Below are positions 27,519-37,515 of a stretch of DNA of 64,000 bases, in pieces (position 1 is the first letter of the stretch; each line of letters starts with the position of its first letter). Under the pieces are notes generated by a model, which did not search any database, was not told the origin of the DNA, and saw nothing but the letters and a program-made list of their open reading frames with translations. Position numbers and translations under genes: made by a program. The DNA comes from Lachnospiraceae bacterium (GTDB taxonomy: Bacteria > Bacillota > Clostridia > Lachnospirales > Lachnospiraceae). The stretch spans positions 21,460 to 85,459 of the forward strand of contig JBJEJE010000003.1 in assembly GCA_051877755.1 (NCBI GenBank), read 5' to 3'.

Positions 27519-28292
27519 ATGCAGTTCAGACCATGTATTGATATACACAACGGAAAGGTAAAACAGATTGTTGGCGGTTCCCTGTTGGACGCAGGCAATC
27601 AGGCGGAGGAGAATTTTGTGGCAGAGCAGGATGCGTCCTTTTATGCCAGATTATATAGAGAAAGTAACATCAAAGGTGGGCACATTATCCTGCTCAATAA
27701 AGCAGGAACCCCGTATTATGAGGAAGACATTTTACAGGCGAAGTCAGCACTTTCGGAGTATCCGGGCGGATTACAGATTGGCGGAGGCGTTACGGCAGAG
27801 AATGCAGAAGAATTTTTAGCCATGGGAGCCAGTCATGTGATTGTTACCTCATATGTATTCCGGGATGGCAGGGTGGATTATGACCGGCTTCGTGCCTTGT
27901 ACCGGGCAGTGGGAAAGGAACATCTGGTGTTGGATTTAAGCTGCCGGAAAAGAGATGGTGCATACTATATTGTGACGGACCGCTGGCAGAAGTTTACAGA
28001 AGAAGTAGTGGGAAAAGATACCATTTTGAAACTGCAGGATTATGCGGATGAGTTTCTGATTCATGCAGTGGATGTAGAGGGGAAAGCAAACGGCGTAGAA
28101 AAAGAACTGGTATCCATGCTTTCAGAATATGCAGATATACCAATCACCTATGCCGGAGGAGTTGGTTCTTACGAGGATATTGATGTAATCCGGACACTGG
28201 GCAAGGGAAAGTTAAATGTAACCATTGGCAGTGCACTGGATTTGTTTGGCGGAAAGCTTTCCTATGACAGGGTGCTTTCTATGATGGATTAA
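27519..28292 (+). CDS. HisA-family (beta/alpha)8 isomerase, eukaryote/His6-like subtype
   Basis: MQFRPCIDIHNGKVKQIVGG, GGLQIGGGV, LVLDLSCR, HAVDVEGK and YAGGVGS are present. No other his genes are nearby. Start is chosen at ATG 27519 after GGAGAG. Confidence 0.7.
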   Translation: MQFRPCIDIHNGKVKQIVGGSLLDAGNQAEENFVAEQDASFYARLYRESNIKGGHIILLNKAGTPYYEEDILQAKSALSEYPGGLQIGGGVTAENAEEFLAMGASHVIVTSYVFRDGRVDYDRLRALYRAVGKEHLVLDLSCRKRDGAYYIVTDRWQKFTEEVVGKDTILKLQDYADEFLIHAVDVEGKANGVEKELVSMLSEYADIPITYAGGVGSYEDIDVIRTLGKGKLNVTIGSALDLFGGKLSYDRVLSMMD

Positions 28293-28318
28293 GAAAGACT
28301 ATAGATGGGACTGTAAGA

Positions 28319-30955
28319 ATGAGCTGGAATAAGATTTGGAAATTTTTAAAAGACAAATATGTATATACAATTACTATTGGCATTGCACTGCTTATGATGC
28401 TTGGTGCATGGATTATTGGAGAAATAGGACCCTTTGGAGGAAAATCCCTGGTAGTGGTGGATGGTGTGCATCAGTATCTTCCATTTTTTTCAGAATACCA
28501 GGAGAAATTGAAAAGTCTTGGAGACATACAGTATACTTTTGACGTGGGTATGGGCAATAATTTTATTTCCCTCTGGTCGTATTATTTATCCAGCCCCTTT
28601 AATCTGATCATTATGCTGTGTGCCAAATCGCATCTGCCCATGGCACTGAACCTGATTATATCTGTAAAGATTATATTAGCAGCAGTGTGCTTCGCTTATT
28701 TTCTGATGCATGCCGGGAAAAAACCGGTGAAAAATGCAGGAATAATTGTTTTTTCATTATTTTATGCATTTAGCAGTTTTGTGGTGGGATATTACTGGAA
28801 TCTGATGTGGCTGGACTGCATTTTTATTTTTCCTATCATAATTTTGGGGATGGAGAAAATGCTCAGGAAAAATGACAGCCGGATGTATATTCTGGCATTG
28901 CTTTACAGCTTTGTCTGCAATTATTACATCAGTTTTATGATCTGTCTGTTTTTGATCCTGTGGTTTTTTACTTTCCGGTTTAGAAGCTTTAAGGATTTAT
29001 TTGTTAAGGGAATTCGTTTTGCAATCGCTTCCCTTACAACGGCGGCACTCAGTGCTGTGGTATTAGTACCGGCTTATATGGGAATTATGACTACTGCTTC
29101 AGCGGAGTTTGAACTGCCGGAATGGGAATTTTACGGTTCTTTTGCAGATACCCTCCGTTCGCATCTGTTCTGTTCTGAGGTAATGACCAATCAGGTGGGG
29201 GATGCAGGTACGAATTTGTTCTGTGGAGTTTTTACAATTCTGTTGGCAATCATGTTTTTCTGGATGAGGGGAATATCCCTTGAGAAGAAGGTAAAATATG
29301 CATTGCTTTTGGTATTTTTGGTAATAAGCTTTAATAATGTACAGCTTAACTATATATGGCACGGATTTCATAATCAGTATGGAATTCCCAACCGTTTTGC
29401 ATTTTTGTATATTTTTGTTCTGCTGATTATGGCATATGAGGTATACCTTAAAAGAGAAAGAATCAGGCTGCCCATGGTGGTTGTTTCTTACACCTTTAGT
29501 ATGCTATTCGTGGTATTCTGTTATTATAATGCAGAAGTTACCTATGAGACGAGGACATATGTTTTAACTGCTGTATTGCTTACGGTTTATCTGGTTTTAT
29601 TCGCATTGTACTGTGAATTGCCGGAAAAAAAACTGGTCATTCAGTATCTTCTTGTTTTTGTGGCAATCGTAGAGATGGCAGCCAATGGATTATTTGGTTT
29701 TGGACAGGTGGGAAGCTCGGAGCCGGATTATTATTATGGGGATACAGATACCTTTGAAACCCTGAAGGCAAGAGTGGAAGAGGCAGATGACAGTTTTTGC
29801 CGGTCAGATATATTGCAGCCGCTGCTGGTGGATGAGGCAACCTGGTATAATTTAAAGAGTGTTGGTATTTTTGGCTCCACCGTCCGGGGCGAACTGGTGG
29901 ATATTATGGGTAAGCTGGGCTTTTATACCGGAGCCAATGAGTATTTATATTATGGTGCAACACCGGTGACCAATGCCTTATTTGGTGTAAAATATGTCTA
30001 TACCAGAGAGGGAGATTTTATAAATGTGGATATGGAGAAATATGACAGTGAAGAGCATATTTCTGTCTATAAGAATGATTCGGTTCTGCCGATTGGGTAC
30101 ATGGTCAATTCGGATATATTGGATTTTGAAACTCTGGATAATGGACCATTTACCGTACAGAACGAGCTTTGCGGTGCACTTACCGGAATAGAGCCGGTAT
30201 TTGTATCCATTTATGATGATATGCAGGTAAAGACCTATGGAACCAATGTGGATGTTACATTGGTAGACGGATATAATGCAAGCTATGAAAATGCCAGCGG
30301 AAGTGCAAGGGCAGATATGATTTATACAGTACCTCGTGATATGGATTTATATGTTAACTGCAGGGGTAGTAATATTCATAAGATTGCTTTGCTGATTGAT
30401 GGAAATGAAGTGGCATTTGACCGTTACCAGGGACAGATTTTCCATGTGGGTAAGATGAAGGCAGGACAGCTTGTGGATATTCAGTTCATATTGAATGAAG
30501 GAGATGATTTAAGCGGGGATTTGTACTGTTATCCAATGGAGTTTATGGAAGATCAGTTTAATGCATTTTACAATGTGCTGGCAGATTCCGGTATGGAAGT
30601 GGAATCTTATAGTGATACAAGGATTGAGGGTAGAATTTCCGTAAAAGAAGATGGCGTATTTATGACATCTATTCCATATGATGAGGGCTGGAGTATCTAT
30701 GTCAATGGCAAAAAGGCAGATACCTGTATATTGTTAGAAGGGTTTTTGGGAACTGAGTTGGAAAAAGGAGAGTATGAAATAAAGATGGTATACCGGTGTC
30801 CGGGGGTTGGAAAAGGGCTGGTAATAACTTTATTTGGAATCCTGATATTCTATCTGATCTGTAAGATAGAGCAGCAGCTTAGAATACAGCAATCAGCAAA
30901 AAAACAGGTGATGGAGATAAAGGAGGTTAATGTAGATGAAGAAAAAGGTTGTTAG
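28319..30955 (+). CDS. YfhO-family polytopic membrane glycosyltransferase
   Basis: 878 aa with about 13 or more TM helices in the first 460 aa, then a large extracytoplasmic domain and a final TM helix. This matches the YfhO family architecture. Confidence 0.75.
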   Translation: MSWNKIWKFLKDKYVYTITIGIALLMMLGAWIIGEIGPFGGKSLVVVDGVHQYLPFFSEYQEKLKSLGDIQYTFDVGMGNNFISLWSYYLSSPFNLIIMLCAKSHLPMALNLIISVKIILAAVCFAYFLMHAGKKPVKNAGIIVFSLFYAFSSFVVGYYWNLMWLDCIFIFPIIILGMEKMLRKNDSRMYILALLYSFVCNYYISFMICLFLILWFFTFRFRSFKDLFVKGIRFAIASLTTAALSAVVLVPAYMGIMTTASAEFELPEWEFYGSFADTLRSHLFCSEVMTNQVGDAGTNLFCGVFTILLAIMFFWMRGISLEKKVKYALLLVFLVISFNNVQLNYIWHGFHNQYGIPNRFAFLYIFVLLIMAYEVYLKRERIRLPMVVVSYTFSMLFVVFCYYNAEVTYETRTYVLTAVLLTVYLVLFALYCELPEKKLVIQYLLVFVAIVEMAANGLFGFGQVGSSEPDYYYGDTDTFETLKARVEEADDSFCRSDILQPLLVDEATWYNLKSVGIFGSTVRGELVDIMGKLGFYTGANEYLYYGATPVTNALFGVKYVYTREGDFINVDMEKYDSEEHISVYKNDSVLPIGYMVNSDILDFETLDNGPFTVQNELCGALTGIEPVFVSIYDDMQVKTYGTNVDVTLVDGYNASYENASGSARADMIYTVPRDMDLYVNCRGSNIHKIALLIDGNEVAFDRYQGQIFHVGKMKAGQLVDIQFILNEGDDLSGDLYCYPMEFMEDQFNAFYNVLADSGMEVESYSDTRIEGRISVKEDGVFMTSIPYDEGWSIYVNGKKADTCILLEGFLGTELEKGEYEIKMVYRCPGVGKGLVITLFGILIFYLICKIEQQLRIQQSAKKQVMEIKEVNVDEEKGC

Positions 30956-31829
30956 GAAAGCGGTGATACCCGCGGCGGGATTAGGAACCCGGTTTCTTCC
31001 GGCCACAAAGGCAATTCCGAAGGAAATGCTGCCTATTGTGGATATTCCAACAATCCAGTATATTGTGAAAGAGGCGGTGGCAAGTGGAATCGAGGAGATT
31101 TTAGTTATTACCAATTCCAATAAGCACTGCATGGAAAATCATTTCGATCGTTCTTATGAGTTGGAAAGCAGATTGTTAGAATCCAATAAACAGGAAGAAT
31201 ATAACATGATCTGTGATATTGCAGATATGGCAAATATCTATTATGTACGACAGAAAGAACCGAAGGGACTTGGACATGCAATCCTGTGTGCAAAATCCTT
31301 TATCGGCGATGAACCATTTGCAGTATTATTGGGGGATGATATTGTGGAGAACCATGAAGGGAAGCCGGCACTAAAGCAGTTAATTGATGCATACAACGAA
31401 GTGCAGGCATCCATTGTTGGTGTGCAGACTGTACCGGATGCTGATGTCAGTAAATATGGAATCGTAGAGCCGTCAAAAAGTGTAGCACCGGCAGGAAAAC
31501 GGGTAAAATTAAGTTCCATGGTGGAAAAACCAAAGCAGGAAGATGCACCGAGCAATCTTGCCGTGCTTGGAAGGTACGTACTCACGCCGGAGATTTTCGA
31601 TTATCTGGAAAACCAGACACCGGGAGCCGGTGGGGAAATCCAGCTTACAGACTCTATCAAGAGTCTGATGATAAGCCAGTCCGTATATGCTTATGATTTT
31701 GAAGGAATACGGTATGATGTTGGTGATAAATTTGGATTTATTAAAGCAACTGTAGAGTATGCATTGGAGAGAGAAGAACTGAAGGACAATCTCCAATCTT
31801 ATTTACAGGAACTTGTAAAAACATTTTAA
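30936..31829 (+). CDS. galU: UTP--glucose-1-phosphate uridylyltransferase
   Basis: KAVIPAAGLGTRFLPATKAIPKEMLPIVD, VRQKEPKGLGHA, LLGDD, VEKP and EIQLTD motifs are present. The start overlaps the YfhO stop by 20 nt. Confidence 0.93.
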   Translation: MKKKVVRKAVIPAAGLGTRFLPATKAIPKEMLPIVDIPTIQYIVKEAVASGIEEILVITNSNKHCMENHFDRSYELESRLLESNKQEEYNMICDIADMANIYYVRQKEPKGLGHAILCAKSFIGDEPFAVLLGDDIVENHEGKPALKQLIDAYNEVQASIVGVQTVPDADVSKYGIVEPSKSVAPAGKRVKLSSMVEKPKQEDAPSNLAVLGRYVLTPEIFDYLENQTPGAGGEIQLTDSIKSLMISQSVYAYDFEGIRYDVGDKFGFIKATVEYALEREELKDNLQSYLQELVKTF

Positions 31830-31849
31830 GGAACAAGGGGGCATTCAAA

Positions 31850-33655
31850 ATGGAGAAGAATAAAGGGTTATCAAAGTTAAAAATAATTTATTTTCTGCTG
31901 CTGACAATATTAGTCGTTGTGGTAGTTGCCGGAACGGTTGTGATTTTTGGAAGACTTGACAGTACGGATACAGATGCCAGAAATCTGATTATGGCAGTGG
32001 CAATTCTGGTAGTTTTGCTGGCATTGGGATTATCTGTGGTTATGTTGAAGTTTATTCAGGATGAGGAGCGGGTTTCTGCGGTCAAGAGCGACAAGTATAA
32101 GAAGTTATTTTTGAATCTGCCGGTTGGTTTTGCCCAGGCACAGATTTTGAGAGATCCTCAGTCAGGACGCAACATGGGGTATCGGATTTCAGATGCAAAT
32201 GAAACCTTTGGACGTTTGTTTGATCTGGATATTTCCGATTACTATAACAAAGTCATATCCGAGAGTAAAGTAGAGGTGTTGCAGGATATCAATGCCTGGT
32301 TTGAGGCATATAATAATTCCGGTACCAAACAGGGTGAATTATTAGCGGTAGAGATTACCATGGAAAAGCTGAACAAGGTATTTAATACGGTTATGTATAA
32401 GTCAGAGGCGGATTACATTAACATGGTGGTCATTGATATTACAGAGCAGAAAGAAACAGAGAACAAATTATCTGCAGCAATCAAGGATGCCAATGCGGCT
32501 TATAAGACACAGTCCGAGTTCCTTGCCAATATGTCCCATGAAATCCGGACACCGATTAATGGTATATTAGGTATGTTACAGCTGACTTTGATGGCAGATG
32601 ATCTGCAGGCTGACTACAGAGATAATTTGACCACGGCTAAAAACTGTGCAGATACGCTGCTGAGACTGATCAATGATATTCTGGATATCTCTAAGTTAGA
32701 GGCAGGTAAGTACAATTTAAGAGAAGAGAATTTTGATATTAAGGCTGTGATCGAGGAAACGATTGCAGCACAGGTTCCGTTGGCTCAGGGCAAAGGTCTT
32801 GGTCTGGATTGCAGTTTTGGAAGCAATATTCCAAAGCTGGTTCGGGGTGATGGACAGCGTATCCAGCAGGTCTTAAACTGTCTGTTATCCAATGCTATCA
32901 AGTTTACCAATGAAGGTGGTGTGCGGGTTAAGGTAGCCTGTATAGATGATACGATGGATAAGATCAAGCTTCGGATTGCTGTAGCAGATTCCGGTATTGG
33001 TATATCGGATGCAGACCGCAACAAACTGTTTATCCGGTTTTCACAGGTGGATGCTTCTGATACCCGTAAATATGGTGGTTCCGGACTGGGACTTGTCATT
33101 ACAAAGCAGATTGTAGAGTTAATGGGTGGTAATATTACCGTTCAAAGTAAAGAGGGGCTGGGATCTACATTTATTGTAGAAGTTCCACTTAAACTTATTA
33201 AAGCAGCAGACGAAGTGGTAGAAGAGACTGCCAGCACAGAAGAACCGGCAGTATTTTCTCTTGTAGGGCATACAAGAGCCAGAATCCTTGTGGCAGAAGA
33301 TGAACCTGTAAACCAGCAGGTGATTGGTAAACTTCTCGGTATGGCAGGTTATTCTTATGATATTGCAGAAAATGGAGAGAAGGCAGTAGAACTGTTTAAA
33401 CAGAAGGAATATCAGGCAGCATTATTTGATGTGCAGATGCCGGTTATGGATGGCCTTGCAGCAACACAGGAAATTCGTGCTATTGAACTTCGGGAGAACC
33501 GGAAGCGTCTGCCGATCATTGCGGTTACCGCAAGAGCCATGTTTGGAGACAAGGAACGTATCTTAGAGGCAAAGCTGGATGATTACATAGCAAAACCATA
33601 TAACTTAAATGATGTGGTAGAAACCCTTAACAAATATGTGGATAAGGAGGATTAA
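31850..33655 (+). CDS. Hybrid sensor histidine kinase/response regulator
   Basis: Two N-terminal TM helices are present. The H-box is FLANMSHEIRTPINGILG, the N-box LSNAIKFT, G1 DSGIGI and G2 GGSGLGL. The C-terminal receiver has ILVAEDEPVNQ...DVQMPVMDG...AVTA...K. Confidence 0.92.
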   Translation: MEKNKGLSKLKIIYFLLLTILVVVVVAGTVVIFGRLDSTDTDARNLIMAVAILVVLLALGLSVVMLKFIQDEERVSAVKSDKYKKLFLNLPVGFAQAQILRDPQSGRNMGYRISDANETFGRLFDLDISDYYNKVISESKVEVLQDINAWFEAYNNSGTKQGELLAVEITMEKLNKVFNTVMYKSEADYINMVVIDITEQKETENKLSAAIKDANAAYKTQSEFLANMSHEIRTPINGILGMLQLTLMADDLQADYRDNLTTAKNCADTLLRLINDILDISKLEAGKYNLREENFDIKAVIEETIAAQVPLAQGKGLGLDCSFGSNIPKLVRGDGQRIQQVLNCLLSNAIKFTNEGGVRVKVACIDDTMDKIKLRIAVADSGIGISDADRNKLFIRFSQVDASDTRKYGGSGLGLVITKQIVELMGGNITVQSKEGLGSTFIVEVPLKLIKAADEVVEETASTEEPAVFSLVGHTRARILVAEDEPVNQQVIGKLLGMAGYSYDIAENGEKAVELFKQKEYQAALFDVQMPVMDGLAATQEIRAIELRENRKRLPIIAVTARAMFGDKERILEAKLDDYIAKPYNLNDVVETLNKYVDKED

Positions 33656-33659
33656 ATCC

Positions 33660-33890
33660 TTACGTTGTCTGTTGTGCCTGACGCAGAAGGAATTTGTAAC
33701 GCATATATGCCCCCTTTAGCTGATAAGTATAGCAGTCGATCAGATCCGGATCGGTCTGATAATCCAGATGTAAAAGCAGAGTGTCAATGTCTCTTTTGGC
33801 ATTGTTCAGATCAACAAGTAAAGAGGAATCGGTTGTCACAGAATTTTGTGAGGACCGGTTCTTTTTTTTGATGCCCTTTTTTGTCTGCAT
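33660..33890 (-). CDS. Small protein, DUF2508 (YaaL)-like
   Basis: 77 aa from ATG 33890 (AAGGAG RBS). The pattern LLVDLNNAKRDID...DPDLIDCYTYQLKGAYMRYKFLLRQA resembles YaaL-type proteins as I recall them. Confidence 0.4.
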   Translation of the reverse strand: MQTKKGIKKKNRSSQNSVTTDSSLLVDLNNAKRDIDTLLLHLDYQTDPDLIDCYTYQLKGAYMRYKFLLRQAQQTT

Positions 33891-34127
33891 AGGATACACT
33901 CCTTTCCATAATTTGTTTTCCATATATTTCATTATAGGATACAAAATCATAAATTATACATAATTTTGAAAATCTAAACAAAATTATGTATTTGAAATCA
34001 TAAAGTGAAAGTTGGAAAATCAAAATTATGAAAATATCGAATACAAAAAAGGAGAAATTTGAAAAATCTATGTTTATTATGCAATCTTGATCATAATCGT
34101 AGACAGTGAAAAAAGAAAGCAATATAA

Positions 34128-34604
34128 TTGCAAAAAATCAAAAAAGGAAGTGAAAAATTGATCAAGATACAGATGGTTACGGCAGCTGTTTTATTAGGAA
34201 GGGCAGTCTATACGGATGTAAAAAATGAACGGATCGAAAACAGCCTGATTCTTGTTGGATGCACTGCCGGAATGTTAACAGCCTTTTGTGGGGGTGGTAT
34301 ATCCCAGGTATGGAATGGGGTAAAAATGGCAGGAATCCTTCTGCTGGCGCTTTTCTTTTTGTTTTGGATAAAGGGTTTGGGGGCGGGAGATATCAAGTTG
34401 TTATGTATGCTGGCAGTATTTTTTCCAAACCAGGCTATATCGATTCTGGTGGGTTCTTTTTTTGCAGGAGCATGTTTATCAGTGGGAAAAATGTTAATAA
34501 AACACATAAAAAAAGAATCATTTTATATACGAACAGAGACATTGCATTTTTCCATACCGGTGGCGATTAGCACCTTTGTAGTTATGGGAATGGAAATCCT
34601 CTAA
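34128..34604 (+). CDS. A24-family prepilin peptidase (TadV/CpaA-like)
   Basis: Polytopic membrane protein. The first Asp context is AVYTDVKNERI and the second catalytic motif is GLGAGDIKLL. The start is uncertain (TTG 34128, TTG 34158 or ATG 34173). Confidence 0.72.
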   Translation: MQKIKKGSEKLIKIQMVTAAVLLGRAVYTDVKNERIENSLILVGCTAGMLTAFCGGGISQVWNGVKMAGILLLALFFLFWIKGLGAGDIKLLCMLAVFFPNQAISILVGSFFAGACLSVGKMLIKHIKKESFYIRTETLHFSIPVAISTFVVMGMEIL

Positions 34605-34630
34605 ACCTGCAGGCAGAAAGAAGGTGGGGC

Positions 34631-35548
34631 ATGGGAACATTGAAGATAGGGATATTTGATGATGAGGAGCGATATGTACAAAAGCTGGCTGCATATTTGA
34701 ACCGGCATGGCTGGGAAAATTGGAAGATGTGTTCCTTTACAGATGAAAAAATTTTATCTGATTATATGGAAAGACAGGAGCTTGATATTCTGGCAGGAAC
34801 CCGGAAAGAAGTACTGATGAATCTACAGCAAAATTTTGGAAGAACCTGTTACATATGGCTGACAGAAAATAATTTATATAAAGAGGACAAAGAGAAAAAG
34901 CTCTATACCATTTATCGGTATCAGAGTGCAAAAGCGGTGGCAAAAGCAATGAAGGACATTGTGGACTATTTGGGGCTTTTAAAGGGAATTCATCAAAAGA
35001 TAATAGCTATATATTCACCTGTGGGAAGATGTGGAAAGACTTCGCTGGCACTGGAATTCGTCAAAAGCGGGCGGTGTGGAAGGTGGATGTATATCGGTAT
35101 GGAAGATTATAGCTTTTTAGGAAGCGCGAATACCGGAGATGCAGAATTATTTCTCTATTTTGTAAAGGAAAGAAACCGGGAAAAAGTAAAAGACTTGATT
35201 GAGGCAGCACAGGGAATTCTGCCCTCCGCTTTTTCTCCTTTTGATACCAGGCAGGTGGGAAAGGGGGATGTACAATGGCTGCTGGAAATGCTGCAGGAAA
35301 ATCATGTTTATAATGGAATTGTTTTTGATATAGGAACCGGAGTATTACAGGACTTTGAAAGCTTTCTTTTGTTTGATGTTATCGTTGTTCCCTATCTTCC
35401 GGATGATAAATCCATGGAAAAGAGAAAGCAGTTTGAATCATTGGTTATTGCGTATGACTTGGAGGAAGTGGTGGGAAAATTACGATTCATCAACATGAAA
35501 GAAAAGAATCAGATTATGCATCAGATAGAGGAGATTGTCAATGAATAA
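34631..35548 (+). CDS. TadZ/CpaE-like protein with an N-terminal pseudo-receiver and a degenerate ParA/MinD-type ATPase domain
   Basis: The N-terminus is IGIFDDEERYVQKLAAYL...LDILAG. A P-loop-like IIAIYSPVGRCGKTSLALEF is present. It sits directly upstream of the CpaF-type ATPase. Confidence 0.5.
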   Translation: MGTLKIGIFDDEERYVQKLAAYLNRHGWENWKMCSFTDEKILSDYMERQELDILAGTRKEVLMNLQQNFGRTCYIWLTENNLYKEDKEKKLYTIYRYQSAKAVAKAMKDIVDYLGLLKGIHQKIIAIYSPVGRCGKTSLALEFVKSGRCGRWMYIGMEDYSFLGSANTGDAELFLYFVKERNREKVKDLIEAAQGILPSAFSPFDTRQVGKGDVQWLLEMLQENHVYNGIVFDIGTGVLQDFESFLLFDVIVVPYLPDDKSMEKRKQFESLVIAYDLEEVVGKLRFINMKEKNQIMHQIEEIVNE

Positions 35549-36788
35549 ACTGGAGAAAGAAAAAGAACTGCTTCAGGAAAACCTGTTGAAACACCTCAAT
35601 GGCAGTGGTGAGCTTTGTGATGCGGAAATCTATGAACGCATTGAGCAGGAGATAATAAGGAGAAGCAGGGAAGTTTATCTTTCGGTATCGGAAAGACAGA
35701 TTTTAAAAAGAGAACTGTTTAATGTATTTCGCAGGCTGGATGTGTTATCAGAACTTTTGGAGGATGAAGAGATATCCGAAATCATGATTAATGGCTGTGA
35801 TCATATTTTTATTGAAAGGAAAGGCCGTATTACAAAAGTGGAGGAAGTATTCTCTTCTGAAGAACGGCTTCGGAATGTGATACAGCAGATTGTAAGTAAT
35901 TGCAACCGGATTGTCAACGAAACTGTGCCAATCGTAGATGCAAGACTGGAGGATGGTTCCAGAGTAAATGTGGTACTGCCGCCGGTGGCGTTAAACGGGG
36001 CAGTTATGACCATACGAAAATTTCCCAAAGCATTTTTTACCATGGACAAATTGATTGAAATGGGCTCCATTACTCCCGAGGCAGCAGCATTTTTGGAAAA
36101 GCTGGTCAAGGCGAGATATAACATTTTTATCAGCGGGGGAACCGGTAGTGGAAAAACAACTTTTTTAAATGTGCTGAGCAATTTCATACCCTGTGGGGAG
36201 CGTGTTATCACCATAGAAGATTCTGCGGAACTGCAGTTAAACGGAATTGATAACCTGGTAAGGCTGGAAACAAGAAATGCCAATGTGGAAGGAGAAAATG
36301 CCATTCCGATGTCGCAGCTGATCAAGACTGCCCTGCGGATGCGTCCGGACCGGATTATTGTAGGAGAGGTCCGGGATGCGGCGGCGATGGATATGACAAA
36401 CAGCATGTTAACCGGCCATGATGGAAGTATCAGCACCGGTCATGGGAATTCAGCTAAGGAAATGATGCTTCGCTTAGAGACTATGATTTTAATGGGATAT
36501 GATATGCCGATACTGGCTATTCGTCAACATATTGCAGCAGCAATTGATATTGTGGTGCATTTAGGGCGGCTTCGGGACAACAGCAGAAAAGTGTTGGAAA
36601 TCTGTGAAGTGACAGGGGTGGAGGATGGGGAGATCATGCTTCACACACTGTTTCAGTTTCGGGAAGTTTTGGAAAAGGATGGAAAAGTGATTGGCGCCTT
36701 GGAACAGGTCGAGGAACTGAACCAGAAAAATAAGCTGATACTGGGTGGGTATTGGAAGGAGGATACATTTGAAGAAGAAGGATTATAG
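35541..36788 (+). CDS. CpaF/TadA-family secretion ATPase
   Basis: Walker A is ISGGTGSGKTTFLN. Asp box ITIEDSAEL, Walker B RIIVGEVRD and His box TGHDGSISTGHGNS are present. ATG 35541 follows GAGGAG and overlaps the upstream stop. Confidence 0.92.
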   Translation: MNKLEKEKELLQENLLKHLNGSGELCDAEIYERIEQEIIRRSREVYLSVSERQILKRELFNVFRRLDVLSELLEDEEISEIMINGCDHIFIERKGRITKVEEVFSSEERLRNVIQQIVSNCNRIVNETVPIVDARLEDGSRVNVVLPPVALNGAVMTIRKFPKAFFTMDKLIEMGSITPEAAAFLEKLVKARYNIFISGGTGSGKTTFLNVLSNFIPCGERVITIEDSAELQLNGIDNLVRLETRNANVEGENAIPMSQLIKTALRMRPDRIIVGEVRDAAAMDMTNSMLTGHDGSISTGHGNSAKEMMLRLETMILMGYDMPILAIRQHIAAAIDIVVHLGRLRDNSRKVLEICEVTGVEDGEIMLHTLFQFREVLEKDGKVIGALEQVEELNQKNKLILGGYWKEDTFEEEGL

Positions 36789-37515
36789 AGTTTACCATTT
36801 TAGATGGAGGGACTGGGGGGAATTTGGCATACGGATTCTTTTAAAGGGAATTGTCATCTGTTATCTGTTTTATGATTCTTATAAGGCATGTTTACTGCTC
36901 CTGCCTTTTGTAGCAGCAGATTACCGCATGATGAAAAAGGAAAAGCTGAAAAACCAAAAAAGAAAATTAACACTTCAGTTTAAGGCGATGATGGAGGCAT
37001 TGGTAAATTCACTTATGGCCGGATATTCTCTGGAACGGGCTTTTGAAGATGCCAGAAAGGATATTTCCCTTATATATGAAGAAAAAGCAGAAATTTTTGA
37101 GGAACTGGACAGTATTTTATCCGGACTTAAAATGAACATTCCGCTGGAAAATCTGTTAGAGGATTTTGGAGTGAGAAGCGGGATAGAGGATATCAAGAAT
37201 TTTGCGGATGTGGTGATGGCGGCGAAAAGAAGCGGCGGAAATCTGATTCGTATTATACGAAAAACAGTAAACAGTATTTCTGACAAGATTGCAGTAGAGG
37301 AAGAGATTGAAACAATGATTACTTCGAAAAAGCTGGAGGAAAGAATTATGATGATAATGCCCTATGGAATTCTGTTTTATCTTCGTCTTTCCAGTGGAGA
37401 ATTTTTAGAGGTGCTTTATCATAACGTATTGGGAGCAATGGTCATGACGGTGTTTTTGCTGGCAGTTTATGTGGCAGACATATGGGCAGGAAAAATTATG
37501 GAGATACATGTATGA
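36769..37515 (+). CDS. TadB-like type II secretion system F-family membrane protein
   Basis: The T2SSF-type core is MAGYSLERAFEDA...FADVVMAAKRSGGNLIRII with flanking TM helices. A TTG start at 36769 follows GGAAGGAGG. The stop overlaps the next start (ATGA at 37512-37515). Confidence 0.72.
   Translation: MKKKDYRVYHFRWRDWGEFGIRILLKGIVICYLFYDSYKACLLLLPFVAADYRMMKKEKLKNQKRKLTLQFKAMMEALVNSLMAGYSLERAFEDARKDISLIYEEKAEIFEELDSILSGLKMNIPLENLLEDFGVRSGIEDIKNFADVVMAAKRSGGNLIRIIRKTVNSISDKIAVEEEIETMITSKKLEERIMMIMPYGILFYLRLSSGEFLEVLYHNVLGAMVMTVFLLAVYVADIWAGKIMEIHV

Noticed and set aside
33811-34122. 103-aa minus-strand ORF in the AT-rich region upstream of the Tad cluster
   Set aside because: It is Phe/Ile/Tyr-rich, as is typical of AT-rich non-coding DNA. 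It overlaps the DUF2508-like gene start region and has no RBS.
35801-36436. 211-aa ORF antisense to the CpaF ATPase gene
   Set aside because: It is fully nested opposite a strongly conserved CDS. The translation is Ser/Ile-rich and low-complexity, with no RBS.
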